A stretch of 64,000 bases of DNA. Source: Candidatus Woesearchaeota archaeon (lineage in GTDB: Archaea > Nanobdellota > Nanobdellia > Pacearchaeales > UBA284). A model generated the notes under the pieces. It did not search any database. It worked only from the letters and a program-made list of their open reading frames with translations, and was not told the origin of the DNA. The stretch is from positions 6,519 through 70,518 of the forward strand of contig CAYNFE010000004.1 in assembly GCA_964396475.1 (NCBI GenBank), given 5' to 3'. Shown in pieces: positions 44,895 through 53,851 of the stretch. Every line of letters begins with the position of its first letter. Positions within the stretch are counted from its first letter, which is position 1. The position numbers and the translations under genes are program-made.

Positions 44895-45497
44895 ATGCCA
44901 AAGAAAACAAAAAAAGTTAAAAAAGTTAAAAAAACAAAGGTTAAGAAATCAAACCTTAAAATTCAGAACATAGTAGCTACAACTTCTCTTTATACAAAAG
45001 TGCCATTAGTGAAACTAGTAAGAAGTCAGTCAAATACAGAGTATAATCCAGAACAATTTCCAGGATTAGTTCTAAGAATCAAAAAACCAAAATCTGCTGT
45101 TCTAGTCTTTAGTTCAGGTAATTTAGTCTGTACAGGAACTAAAAGTATCAAGCAAGTAGAGGAAGTTATCAAACAAGTTATAAAGCAACTGAGAAAAATA
45201 GGAGTTAAAGTTAAAGAAAAACCAAGGATAAATGTTCAGAATATAGTGGCTAGTGGTTCTATAAATATAAAAATTAATTTAAACGAACTTGCTCTAAAAC
45301 TTGAAAACACAGAGTATGAGCCAGAGCAATTTCCAGGTCTTGTCTATAAATTAGACGAGCCTAATGCGACATTCCTCTTGTTCAGTAATGGCAAACTTGT
45401 CTGTACTGGAACAAAAAATAGAAGACAATTAGATGAGGCAATGAAAAAACTGATAAAGAACACTAGAGAAGTGTTAAAGCCAAGGAAATTAAGATAA
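44895..45497 (+). CDS. tbp: TATA-box binding protein with a Lys-rich N-terminal extension
   Basis: Two TBP repeats, each with IQNIVA... and EY[NE]PEQFPGLV...LVCTGTK. The N-terminus is MPKKTKKVKKVKKTKVKK. Confidence 0.9.
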   Translation: MPKKTKKVKKVKKTKVKKSNLKIQNIVATTSLYTKVPLVKLVRSQSNTEYNPEQFPGLVLRIKKPKSAVLVFSSGNLVCTGTKSIKQVEEVIKQVIKQLRKIGVKVKEKPRINVQNIVASGSINIKINLNELALKLENTEYEPEQFPGLVYKLDEPNATFLLFSNGKLVCTGTKNRRQLDEAMKKLIKNTREVLKPRKLR

Positions 45498-45649
45498 TTT
45501 TAATGATTTTTTTCTTTTTTCTTTATTTATTAAATCTATATCAATTCTCTATATTATATAACAATAAACTATAAAAATAATAATCATAATAATAACTTGT
45601 CGAACCTACAAACCTAAGGTTAAGAGAAAGCTAGGAGGAAAAGAGGAAG

Positions 45650-47650
45650 ATGCCTGAAGATTTAATTATAGAATCAAAAGAATTTTTTGAATATCATAAG
45701 AAAGATATAGGTAAGTATGCTAAAAAAAGTGAAAAAATTATTCAAGTTTCTTTTCAAGATTTAGCTAGCTTTTCTCACACATTAGCTGACCAGCTCCTTC
45801 TTAAGCCAGATGAATTAATTTCAATTCTTGAGCTGGCTCTTGATGAGATAGGTCTGATAAAGAAAGCAAGAGTCAGGCTTACAGATTTACCAAAATCACA
45901 AAATCTCCCAATAAGAGAAATTAGAGCTAAACATCTCAATCAACTCATAGTGGTTGAAGGGATAGTAAGACAGGCTAGTGATGTCAGACCACAGATAGTC
46001 AATGCTAAATTTGAATGTCCTAGCTGTGGCACAGTAATAAGTGTTTTACAGATAGATAAGAAGTTTAGAGAACCAACTAGATGTTCTTGTGGTAGGCGTA
46101 CTGGATTCAAGATAGTAAGTAAGGAAATGGTGGATGCTCAAAGAATTGTTGTTGAAGAAAGTTCAGAAGATCTGACAGGAGGAGAACAGCCAAGACGTCT
46201 GAGTATATTTCTTAAAGAAGATCTTGTAGAACCAAAGATGGAAGAAAAAACAACCCCTGGTTCTAAGGTAAAAATTATAGGAGTTTTAAAGGAAGTTCCT
46301 ATTCCTTTAAAAAGCGGGGCTATAAGTACAAGATTTGATCTTGCCATAGAAGCAAATAATGTCCTTCCTTTAGAAGAAACTTTTGAAGAGTTAGATATTA
46401 ATGAAGAGGAAGAAAGACAAATAAGAGAACTAGCAAGCGATCCTGACATATATAAGAAACTAGCAGGAAGTATTGCCCCAAGTATTTTTGGCTATGAGCA
46501 GATTAAATTAGCAATAGCATTACAGCTTATAGGAGGGGTAAGAAAAAAAAGAAGTGATGGAACATATTCAAGAGGAGATATGCATATTCTTCTTGTAGGA
46601 GATCCAGGAGTTGCAAAAAGTGTGATGTTAACTTTTGTCTCAAGTGTTGCTCCTAGAGGTCGTTATGTAGTAGGAAGGGCAGCTACAGGAGCAGGAATCA
46701 CAGCAACAGTAGTCAGAGATGAATTTTTAAGAGGCTGGGCTTTAGAAGCAGGAGCAATGGTTCTTGCTAACAAAGGAATTGCCTGTCTTGATGAAATGGA
46801 GAAGATGACAGAACAAGACAGAAGCGCAATGCATGAAGCAATGGAACAACAAACTGTAACAATAAGTAAAGCTAATGTCCAAGCTACACTTAGAGCACAA
46901 ACTTCTGTATTAGGGGCAGCAAATCCTAAATTCGGTCGTTTTGATCCATATGCACCTGTAGCGCAACAAATAGAAATGACTCCAACTCTCATAAATAGAT
47001 TTGATCTTATCTTTGTCATGAAAGACATTCCAGAAAGAATAAGAGATGAGGCTATAGCCACACATGTTTTATTAGAGCATAGAAAAGAAGGGGAAAAACC
47101 ACCAATAGATTCAGAAATGTTCAAGAAATATGTTGCTTATGCTAAACAAAAAGTTTTTCCTAAACTTACAGAAAAAGCTGTCGAAGAGATAAAAAGATTT
47201 TATGTAGATTTAAGAAATGCTCCTGCTGTCAGTGAGGATATGGTTAGGCCAATTCCAATATCAGCAAGACAGCTAGAAGCCCTGATTAGACTTAGTGAAG
47301 CAAGTGCAAGAGCAAGGCTGAGCAAAAAGATAACAAGAGATGATGCAAAAAGAGCGATCCAAATTATGCACTTCTATCTCTTACAAGTAGGAATTGATAA
47401 GGAGACTGGTGAAATAGACATTGACAGAATTGTAACAGGCATACCAGCTAGTGAAAGAGGTAGGATAGTTCTTGTCAGAGAAGCTTTAATAAAACTTGAA
47501 TCAAGAATTGGAAAACTCATCCCAATGAATGATATCAAAACTGATCTGAGCGAGAAAATTTCAGAACTAGAATTAGATGACATAATAGATAAACTTAAAA
47601 GAAGTGGTGATATCTTTGAACCAAAAAAAGGTTTTATACAAAGAATCTAA
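45650..47650 (+). CDS. mcm: MCM replicative helicase
   Basis: Zinc finger CPSCG...CSCG, Walker A GDPGVAKS, Walker B CLDEMEKM, arginine-finger region NRFDLIF, and a C-terminal winged helix. Confidence 0.95.
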   Translation: MPEDLIIESKEFFEYHKKDIGKYAKKSEKIIQVSFQDLASFSHTLADQLLLKPDELISILELALDEIGLIKKARVRLTDLPKSQNLPIREIRAKHLNQLIVVEGIVRQASDVRPQIVNAKFECPSCGTVISVLQIDKKFREPTRCSCGRRTGFKIVSKEMVDAQRIVVEESSEDLTGGEQPRRLSIFLKEDLVEPKMEEKTTPGSKVKIIGVLKEVPIPLKSGAISTRFDLAIEANNVLPLEETFEELDINEEEERQIRELASDPDIYKKLAGSIAPSIFGYEQIKLAIALQLIGGVRKKRSDGTYSRGDMHILLVGDPGVAKSVMLTFVSSVAPRGRYVVGRAATGAGITATVVRDEFLRGWALEAGAMVLANKGIACLDEMEKMTEQDRSAMHEAMEQQTVTISKANVQATLRAQTSVLGAANPKFGRFDPYAPVAQQIEMTPTLINRFDLIFVMKDIPERIRDEAIATHVLLEHRKEGEKPPIDSEMFKKYVAYAKQKVFPKLTEKAVEEIKRFYVDLRNAPAVSEDMVRPIPISARQLEALIRLSEASARARLSKKITRDDAKRAIQIMHFYLLQVGIDKETGEIDIDRIVTGIPASERGRIVLVREALIKLESRIGKLIPMNDIKTDLSEKISELELDDIIDKLKRSGDIFEPKKGFIQRI

Positions 47651-47697
47651 AAAGTAAAAAACATAAAAAAAATATAAAAAGAGATGAAAAATAAAAA

Positions 47698-48462
47698 ATG
47701 AATGGTGATATCAAAAGACATACAGCATATAAAATCTCCATAGGTTTAATAGCTAAGGGAGATTTAAAGCTAGAGCCAGATAAAAATGACCCTACGAGAG
47801 AAAAATTTCGTTTTCTCACTTTGAAAGACAAAGAAATTAATAGAGTCAACCTCATAGCTAATGTCATAGATAAGTTCAAGTCAGATGAAAAAAATTATGC
47901 CTCTCTGACTGTAGATGATGGAACAGGTCAGGTTAGAGTCAGGGCTTTCTCAGATAATACTAAAATGATAGAGAATAATGCACCAGGAGATACTCTATTA
48001 ATCATAGGAAACTTGAGATATTTTAATAAAGAAATTTACATATTGCCAGAGATAGTAAAACTTTTAGATGCAAGGTGGCTTTTAGCCCGCAAATTAGAAT
48101 TAGAAAAAGAATATGGTGATATGTACAAAAGTCTAGAACAATTACAACCACCAAAAGCTGAACCTAAACCAACTCCCCAGCCAACACCAGAATCTCTAAG
48201 AAAACCAGAAACACCAAAAGAACCAGTCATAGAAAAACCAAAAATAGAAAAAGAAAAAATTGAGACGGCAATTGAGTTAAGCTTAAGAGAACAAATAATT
48301 CAAACTATAAAAGAAGCAGAAAATGATGAAGGAATAGATATAGACAAAATAATAATGAAATTAGACAAATATAAAGTAGAAGAAATCAATAATACAGTAA
48401 CAATCTTACTAGAAGAGGGTTCCATCTATGAACCTAAACCCAGTAGATTAAGAATTCTATAA
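47698..48462 (+). CDS. RPA-like OB-fold ssDNA-binding protein with C-terminal winged helix
   Basis: OB-fold pattern VNLIANVIDKF...ASLTVDDGTGQVRVRAF, a Pro/Lys-rich linker, and a C-terminal wH-like ...DKIIMKLDKYKVEEINNTVTILLEEGSIYEP. Immediately downstream of mcm. Confidence 0.6.
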   Translation: MNGDIKRHTAYKISIGLIAKGDLKLEPDKNDPTREKFRFLTLKDKEINRVNLIANVIDKFKSDEKNYASLTVDDGTGQVRVRAFSDNTKMIENNAPGDTLLIIGNLRYFNKEIYILPEIVKLLDARWLLARKLELEKEYGDMYKSLEQLQPPKAEPKPTPQPTPESLRKPETPKEPVIEKPKIEKEKIETAIELSLREQIIQTIKEAENDEGIDIDKIIMKLDKYKVEEINNTVTILLEEGSIYEPKPSRLRIL

Positions 48463-48513
48463 AAAACCTTTTAAATCCCTCTCTCTTGAAAATTTAAAAG
48501 AGGAAAAAAGAAA

Positions 48514-49095
48514 ATGAAAAAATTAACATTTAAACCTACTATTCTTGGAGTCGCTGGTTCTACTTCTTCTGGCAAGGATTCTGTTGCTAATTATTTTGAA
48601 AAAAAATATGGCTTTCATAAAATAACTCTAAGTAACTATTTAAGACAAGAGGCAATTAAAAGAGGTAGAAACTGCAGCAGGGCAAGCCTGAGAAAATTAC
48701 AAGCAGATTTAAGAAAAAAATATGGTGATGATTATCTTGTCTCTAGAGTTATTGACACTATCCTTAAAAAAGATCATATTAGGATGAAAAATGTTGTAAT
48801 AGTCGGCTTGCGAACAGAAATAGAGGCAAAATTAGCTAAGGAAAAATTAAAATTAAAACTTATATTTGTAGATGCTGATCCTTTCATAAGATATAAAAGA
48901 GCTAAATCTAGAAGAAGAAAAGGTTTTGCAAAAACTTACGAGCAGTTCTTGCATGAAGAAGCTATAGAAAATGCTATTTTTGATTTTCATAAAACAAAAA
49001 AGATGGCTAACTTTAAAATTGATAATTCCTGCTCAATAAAAGATATGGAAAAACAAATTGATAAGATAGCAAAAAAGCTAAAACTGAAAAAATAA
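48514..49095 (+). CDS. P-loop nucleotide kinase-like protein (CoaE/dNMP-kinase-like)
   Basis: Walker A ILGVAGSTSSGKDSVA at the N-terminus; 193 aa; specificity not assignable. Confidence 0.5.
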   Translation: MKKLTFKPTILGVAGSTSSGKDSVANYFEKKYGFHKITLSNYLRQEAIKRGRNCSRASLRKLQADLRKKYGDDYLVSRVIDTILKKDHIRMKNVVIVGLRTEIEAKLAKEKLKLKLIFVDADPFIRYKRAKSRRRKGFAKTYEQFLHEEAIENAIFDFHKTKKMANFKIDNSCSIKDMEKQIDKIAKKLKLKK

Positions 49096-49157
49096 AATTG
49101 ACACAGAGAAAATAAAAATTTAAAAAGTCTGTTTTTTTATAATAAACATAAAAGAGA

Positions 49158-49772
49158 ATGAAATACGGAAAAAAGACAAAAACTATCAGAACAATTTTCT
49201 TTGTATTATTATTGATAGTTTTAATTCTTGCTCTCTATGTGGTTTTTTTTAGGCTGGATCTTTTTAAAGGTAAAGTAGATGAAGCAACTATGAATAAAAC
49301 TACTGAAATAATTACAGAATTTGATGGTATTAATATATACACTTTAAGCTTAGATGAAATAACTGCCTTAGGTGAACCTGGAATCTGTGCTTTAGTTGAA
49401 ATATATAAGAATGAGTCTTCTAATGCAGACCAGAGATGGGCAGCTATCATAGGTATAAGTGCTATTGGTCATGATCTTGATTTATCAAATAAAGTTCTAC
49501 CTTATCTTAAAGATGGACTTGATGACGCAGATGTCAATGTTCGTGTAACATCTGCTTCTGTTGTTTTATCCCATGGCTCAACAGATGGAATTCCTATCCT
49601 TATTGCAGACGTTGATAATGATTCAATACTTAAGCCTAGTGAGCCACCAATGCCAATCATGTCTTATTGTGCTGAAACCCTAACAATCTACACAGGCCAA
49701 GATTATGGTATAGACAAAGAAGCTTGGCAGTCATGGTGGGATACAAATAAAGATAGTTTTAATTTAGAATGA
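49158..49772 (+). CDS. Membrane-anchored HEAT-repeat protein
   Basis: N-terminal TM (IFFVLLLIVLILALYVVFF), then HEAT-like repeats (LPYLKDGLDDADVNVRVTSASVVLSHGSTDGIPILI). Confidence 0.55.
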   Translation: MKYGKKTKTIRTIFFVLLLIVLILALYVVFFRLDLFKGKVDEATMNKTTEIITEFDGINIYTLSLDEITALGEPGICALVEIYKNESSNADQRWAAIIGISAIGHDLDLSNKVLPYLKDGLDDADVNVRVTSASVVLSHGSTDGIPILIADVDNDSILKPSEPPMPIMSYCAETLTIYTGQDYGIDKEAWQSWWDTNKDSFNLE

Positions 49773-50929
49773 GGAAAAAATTATTAATAATATTTTTAGC
49801 AGTATTCCTTATCAGTATAAGCTTTGCAGCAGCTGAAAATACTTGCAAAAGAAATAGTGGTGATGGTTGTACTATTACTATAACAATGAAAATAGCTTTT
49901 TCTGGAACAGACAATGCAACAATAGAGAACTGGGTAAATGATATAACTAATACTTGGAATGGTTATACTTTTGGAGATTGTAAATGTCCAGTAAAAGTTG
50001 AGGTTGAGTGGAAAAATACAGGTAGTGCAAGTTGTCAAGCAAATTATAGCAGCTCAGAAGCTGGATATCATTGTATTAATGTTTCTAACACTACTCATGT
50101 TCAGGCAGCAGGTAATAGTTATAGAGGTTTTATGTGGGGCATATCAAAAAATGGCTCAAGTATAGCTGGTTTTTGGGGGACCTCAATAAACACTAATCTA
50201 GCAGGAGTTAGTGGAACAATTCATGATGCTGCACATGAAGCAGGACATATGCTAGGCTTACCTGATGAATATAATGCCTCAACAAACTCATATCCTCCAA
50301 ATATAATGGGAAGAACTTGGAGTGCTAATGCAACTCCAACACAAGGGCATATAGATCAAATAGTAGATAAGAATTGTGAAGGAGATAATGCCAAATGTCC
50401 TGATGAATGCTGTTGTGGTGATGGTGTAGTTCAGAAAGATAAAGGAGAAGAGTGTGAAGAAAATGATGATTGTAAAGAAGGAATTAATGCTATGTGCCTA
50501 AACTGCAAATGTTATTATATAGATATTTGCGGAGATGGTGAGGTAACAGGTGAAGAGGAATGTGATCCTATGGCAGATCCTACTGGCTGTAATGAAACTG
50601 AGACTTGTACAGACACTTGCATTTGTGAAGAAATAGAATTAAGTGTAATAATAAAAGAGCCTGACAAAGATGATATTTTTGGTCTAGATGACTGGATAAC
50701 AGTAGAGCTTGACATAGATAGTGCAGCAGATATAGAAGAAGTAGAATTCTATATAAGAGAAAAAGGTGATGATTATGGAAATCCAGAAGAGACTATTATT
50801 GAAGAACCTTGGGAATGGGAATTCTTAGGTGGAGACTTTGGGCCAGGAGAGTATGCCATACAAGTTATAGTTTATGATGAAGACGGCAATGAAGCTGACG
50901 ATGAAGTAAAATACATATTAATTGAATAG
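49769..50929 (+). CDS. Secreted zinc metallopeptidase-like protein with Cys-rich CGDG repeats and an acidic C-terminal Ig-like region
   Basis: Signal peptide (ISISFAAAEN), HEAGHMLGLPDEY (HExxH...DEY), and CCCGDGVVQKDKGEECE / CGDGEVTGEEECDP repeats. The start overlaps the upstream stop (ATGA). Confidence 0.65.
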   Translation: MRKKLLIIFLAVFLISISFAAAENTCKRNSGDGCTITITMKIAFSGTDNATIENWVNDITNTWNGYTFGDCKCPVKVEVEWKNTGSASCQANYSSSEAGYHCINVSNTTHVQAAGNSYRGFMWGISKNGSSIAGFWGTSINTNLAGVSGTIHDAAHEAGHMLGLPDEYNASTNSYPPNIMGRTWSANATPTQGHIDQIVDKNCEGDNAKCPDECCCGDGVVQKDKGEECEENDDCKEGINAMCLNCKCYYIDICGDGEVTGEEECDPMADPTGCNETETCTDTCICEEIELSVIIKEPDKDDIFGLDDWITVELDIDSAADIEEVEFYIREKGDDYGNPEETIIEEPWEWEFLGGDFGPGEYAIQVIVYDEDGNEADDEVKYILIE

Positions 50930-50936
50930 AATAATC

Positions 50937-51908
50937 TTATTCTTTAATTCTTTTGACTAGTTCAACTTTTGTTCCAGATCCTAAAACAAGATTTCCTTCT
51001 TCTTTCTGCTTATTGATGAATTCTTCAGGAGCATTGCCATAATTAATTTTGTCAAAGGTCTCTCTTATCATAGCCATTCCTCTTCCTCTTACTGATCTTT
51101 TCATACCTATTCCAGCATCTATAAAATTAAAGCTAATATCAGATTTATTTTTATTATAGAAAGCTAATATCTTTCCGCCTTTTTTTCCTTGATATCCATG
51201 AAAGCAAGAATTATTAACAACTTCTTTTGCTACAAATTCTATTTTTTCTTTCGCTATGTTTATCTTAGACCTTTTGAAAGCATGCTCTATTAAACGATAA
51301 ATGGCTGCTGCATACATTTCTTCAGCAGGAACAATAATTTTATGGTCTTTTTTAATTCCTCCAAGATATTTTCCTACTTCATGTATGGCTTTAAGTTTAT
51401 CTGTATCAACAAAATCATCAATAATTTTTACCCAATAATTTTTACCTATATTTTCTAATGCTTTGGCATCTTTTTTAATTTTCTGTTTTTTTCTTTCTAA
51501 TACATTGATAAATTTTGAAGAGACCTTCCCCTTAAGGTCATTTAATGATTTATAGGTTTTTGGCTGGAATTGCAAAGGCAGTTCAAAAACACTTTCTGTC
51601 ATTCTGATTGAATTTTCTACTCCTTCCTGCAAGGTTGAAAGAAAAACAGATTCCTTCTGGTTCTTTATTAAACGCATAATCAAACCAATCCCTCTAGAAC
51701 CTATATAATTAAGATATTCCATGTCTACGATATAATTATATTTCCTATCAAAACAATAAGTATCTATTTTTTCTTTTATTTCCATATAAGGAGAAGTGTC
51801 CAAAGAGCCGCCGAAAATTAAAGAACAAGCATCTTCACTTTTTTCGTTCGTAACTATTACTTCTAGATTTCCCTTAATCAAAGGCTCGAATTCAAATATT
51901 TGAACCAT
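50937..51908 (-). CDS. Fusion of a STAS (anti-sigma-antagonist-like) domain and an RsbW/SpoIIAB-like HATPase serine kinase domain
   Basis: The N-terminal DMEYLNYIGSRGIGLIMRL resembles the STAS phospho-serine loop. The C-terminal EVVNNSCFHG (N-box), IDAGIGM (G1), GRGMAMIRE and GSGTKVEL (G2) match HATPase_c_2. Confidence 0.7.
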   Translation of the reverse strand: MVQIFEFEPLIKGNLEVIVTNEKSEDACSLIFGGSLDTSPYMEIKEKIDTYCFDRKYNYIVDMEYLNYIGSRGIGLIMRLIKNQKESVFLSTLQEGVENSIRMTESVFELPLQFQPKTYKSLNDLKGKVSSKFINVLERKKQKIKKDAKALENIGKNYWVKIIDDFVDTDKLKAIHEVGKYLGGIKKDHKIIVPAEEMYAAAIYRLIEHAFKRSKINIAKEKIEFVAKEVVNNSCFHGYQGKKGGKILAFYNKNKSDISFNFIDAGIGMKRSVRGRGMAMIRETFDKINYGNAPEEFINKQKEEGNLVLGSGTKVELVKRIKE

Positions 51909-52104
51909 ATTCTTTTATCGAAACATTTCTTTATAAAATTTTCTTTTTAAAGTAGTTACAAACCAAAAAATACAAAAATGCCCAAACAAAACATTTAAAT
52001 AGTATAATGAATATATATTCATATGACTTAATAGTCTTATTAAATTAAGATTATAAGTTAATTAAAATATAAAATGAATATAAATTCAATAGGAGGTAAA
52101 TAAA

Positions 52105-52539
52105 ATGCCTAGTGGAGATAGAACTGGTCCAGATGGTTTAGGTCCTAGAACTGGAAGAGGATTAGGTTACTGTGAAGGTTATGACAGTCCAGGATTTACA
52201 AAAGGAGTTCCAATGGGTGGTCGTGGCTTTGGAAGAGGATTTGGCAGAGGTTTCAGAAGTAGAGGCTTTAGAGGAGCTCAAGCTTTTGGCAGAGGAAGAG
52301 GCTTTAGAGCAAGAGGCCTTGGAGCAAGAAGAATTTTTAGGAGAAGGTTTCAACCATATGCTTATGAATATGAAGACTATGAATACCCTTACGAAGACTA
52401 TGAGTATGAACCAACAAAAGATGAACTAAAAGAGATCTTAGGAGAAGATAGAAAAGCAATACAAGATCAAATGAAAGCTCTAGAATCTGAACTTAAAAGG
52501 ATCAAGGAAAAATTAAAAAACTTAGAAATAGAAGAATAA
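52105..52539 (+). CDS. DUF5320-family protein (RG/FG-rich, with C-terminal coiled coil)
   Basis: The N-terminal MPSGDRTGPDGLGPRTGRGLGYCEG matches my memory of the DUF5320 signature. It is followed by (GRGF)n repeats, a YEYEDYEYPYEDYEYE block and a heptad tail. AGGAGG lies 7 nt upstream. Confidence 0.7.
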   Translation: MPSGDRTGPDGLGPRTGRGLGYCEGYDSPGFTKGVPMGGRGFGRGFGRGFRSRGFRGAQAFGRGRGFRARGLGARRIFRRRFQPYAYEYEDYEYPYEDYEYEPTKDELKEILGEDRKAIQDQMKALESELKRIKEKLKNLEIEE

Positions 52540-52559
52540 ATATAGAAAAACAAAGGAAA

Positions 52560-52982
52560 ATGAATAAGAGATTTAAAGAATCTGTAACAAAGACTGCCAG
52601 AGCATTGTATAGAACACTACCAATACTTTTTGGTATAATAATACTAGTAAGTTTAGCAAACATCTTGATTCCAAAAACTTTTTTTATTTCTTTATTTCAA
52701 AAAAATATCTTGCTTGACTCTTTTATCGGCAGTCTGATAGGTAGTATTCTAGCTGGAACACCTATAACTAGTTATGTTATTAGTGGAGAATTGCTCAAAC
52801 AAGGTATAAGTCTTATAGCTGTAACAGCTTTTATAGTATCATGGGTTACTGTTGGTATAGTTCAACTTCCAGCAGAAATAATGCTTTTAGGAAAGAAATT
52901 TGCAATAGTTAGAAATGTCAGTGCTTTCATCTTAGCAATAATAGTCGCTATCATAACTGTCTTAATCCTCACACTAATATAA
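52560..52982 (+). CDS. Predicted permease, subunit 1 (4 TM)
   Basis: Hydrophobic 140-aa protein. It is paired with the next ORF, like two-component permease systems. Confidence 0.5.
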   Translation: MNKRFKESVTKTARALYRTLPILFGIIILVSLANILIPKTFFISLFQKNILLDSFIGSLIGSILAGTPITSYVISGELLKQGISLIAVTAFIVSWVTVGIVQLPAEIMLLGKKFAIVRNVSAFILAIIVAIITVLILTLI

Positions 52983-52984
52983 AA

Positions 52985-53536
52985 ATGAAAAATAGAAAAC
53001 AAAAAAAGAAAACTAAAGAAAAAATCAAGGCAAAAATAGAAATGAGCTATAGTCAGTGGTATTTTCTTGCAGGAGTTATTATTCTAAGTGTTATTATTTT
53101 CTTAATTAAACCAGACTCTTTTGCTCCTAGTTTTCAATTTTTTTGGAGCATATTTAAAAAAATAATTCCAATAATCGCTCTTATCTTTGTATTAATGTTC
53201 ATTATCAATTTTTTCATCGCGCCAGAAAAGCTTGTTAAATATCTTGGAAAAAAATCAAAAATAGGATGGCCTGTAGCAATAATAACAGGAATCATCTCAA
53301 CTGGGCCAATATATATGTGGTATCCTTTACTTAGTGATTTACAAAAGAAGGGAGTAAGAAATGGTTTTATTGCAACTTTTTTATATAATAGAGCTGTAAA
53401 ACTTGCCCTAATACCTTTGATTATATTTTATTTTGGTTTAACATTTACAATCGTTCTTACAATAGTTATGATAATAGCCTCAGTCTTTCAGGGCTTAATC
53501 GTAGAAAAAATTCTAGGAGGTAAAAAGAAAAAATGA
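52985..53536 (+). CDS. Predicted permease, subunit 2
   Basis: Hydrophobic 183-aa protein starting 2 nt after the previous stop. Confidence 0.5.
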   Translation: MKNRKQKKKTKEKIKAKIEMSYSQWYFLAGVIILSVIIFLIKPDSFAPSFQFFWSIFKKIIPIIALIFVLMFIINFFIAPEKLVKYLGKKSKIGWPVAIITGIISTGPIYMWYPLLSDLQKKGVRNGFIATFLYNRAVKLALIPLIIFYFGLTFTIVLTIVMIIASVFQGLIVEKILGGKKKK

Positions 53537-53835
53537 AAATAGCCATAGCTTCAACAGATAAAACAGAAAAATCAGAAGTAAGTCCAGTAAGTGGCAGAGC
53601 ACCCTTTTACTTAATCTTTGAAAACAAGAAACTAGTAAAAGTGATTTCAAACCCTTTCCGTATAGGTGGTGGCGGAGCAGGATTTAGTGTCGCACAAATG
53701 CTAGTTAATGAAAAGGTTGATCTTGTTATCGCTGGAAACTTTGGTCCAAATATGCTAAGTGCATTAGAATCCAAAGGAATAAAAGTTAAAGTCGTACAAG
53801 GAAAAACTGTTGAAGAAACTCTTAAAGAGTTATAA
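53533..53835 (+). CDS. NifB/NifX-family (dinitrogenase Fe-Mo cofactor biosynthesis domain) protein
   Basis: MKIAIASTD...VSGRAPFYLIFE...GGGAGFSVAQMLVNEKVDLVIAGNFGPNMLSALESKGIKV is the typical NifX-like stand-alone domain. ATGA overlap with the upstream gene. Confidence 0.75.
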   Translation: MKIAIASTDKTEKSEVSPVSGRAPFYLIFENKKLVKVISNPFRIGGGGAGFSVAQMLVNEKVDLVIAGNFGPNMLSALESKGIKVKVVQGKTVEETLKEL

Positions 53836-53851
53836 AAGATAAAAGAAAAAA

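Noticed and set aside
45498-45649. Possible replication origin upstream of mcm
   Set aside because: It is only AT-rich. I found no repeated ORB-like boxes (just a trivial AACCT-A-AGGTT palindrome) and there is no adjacent orc1/cdc6.
52162-52429. Overlapping ORFs 52172..52429 (+) and 52162..52353 (-) inside the DUF5320 gene
   Set aside because: They arise because the GC-rich RGG repeat lacks stops in several frames. Only the 52105 frame has the DUF5320 N-terminal signature and an AGGAGG SD.
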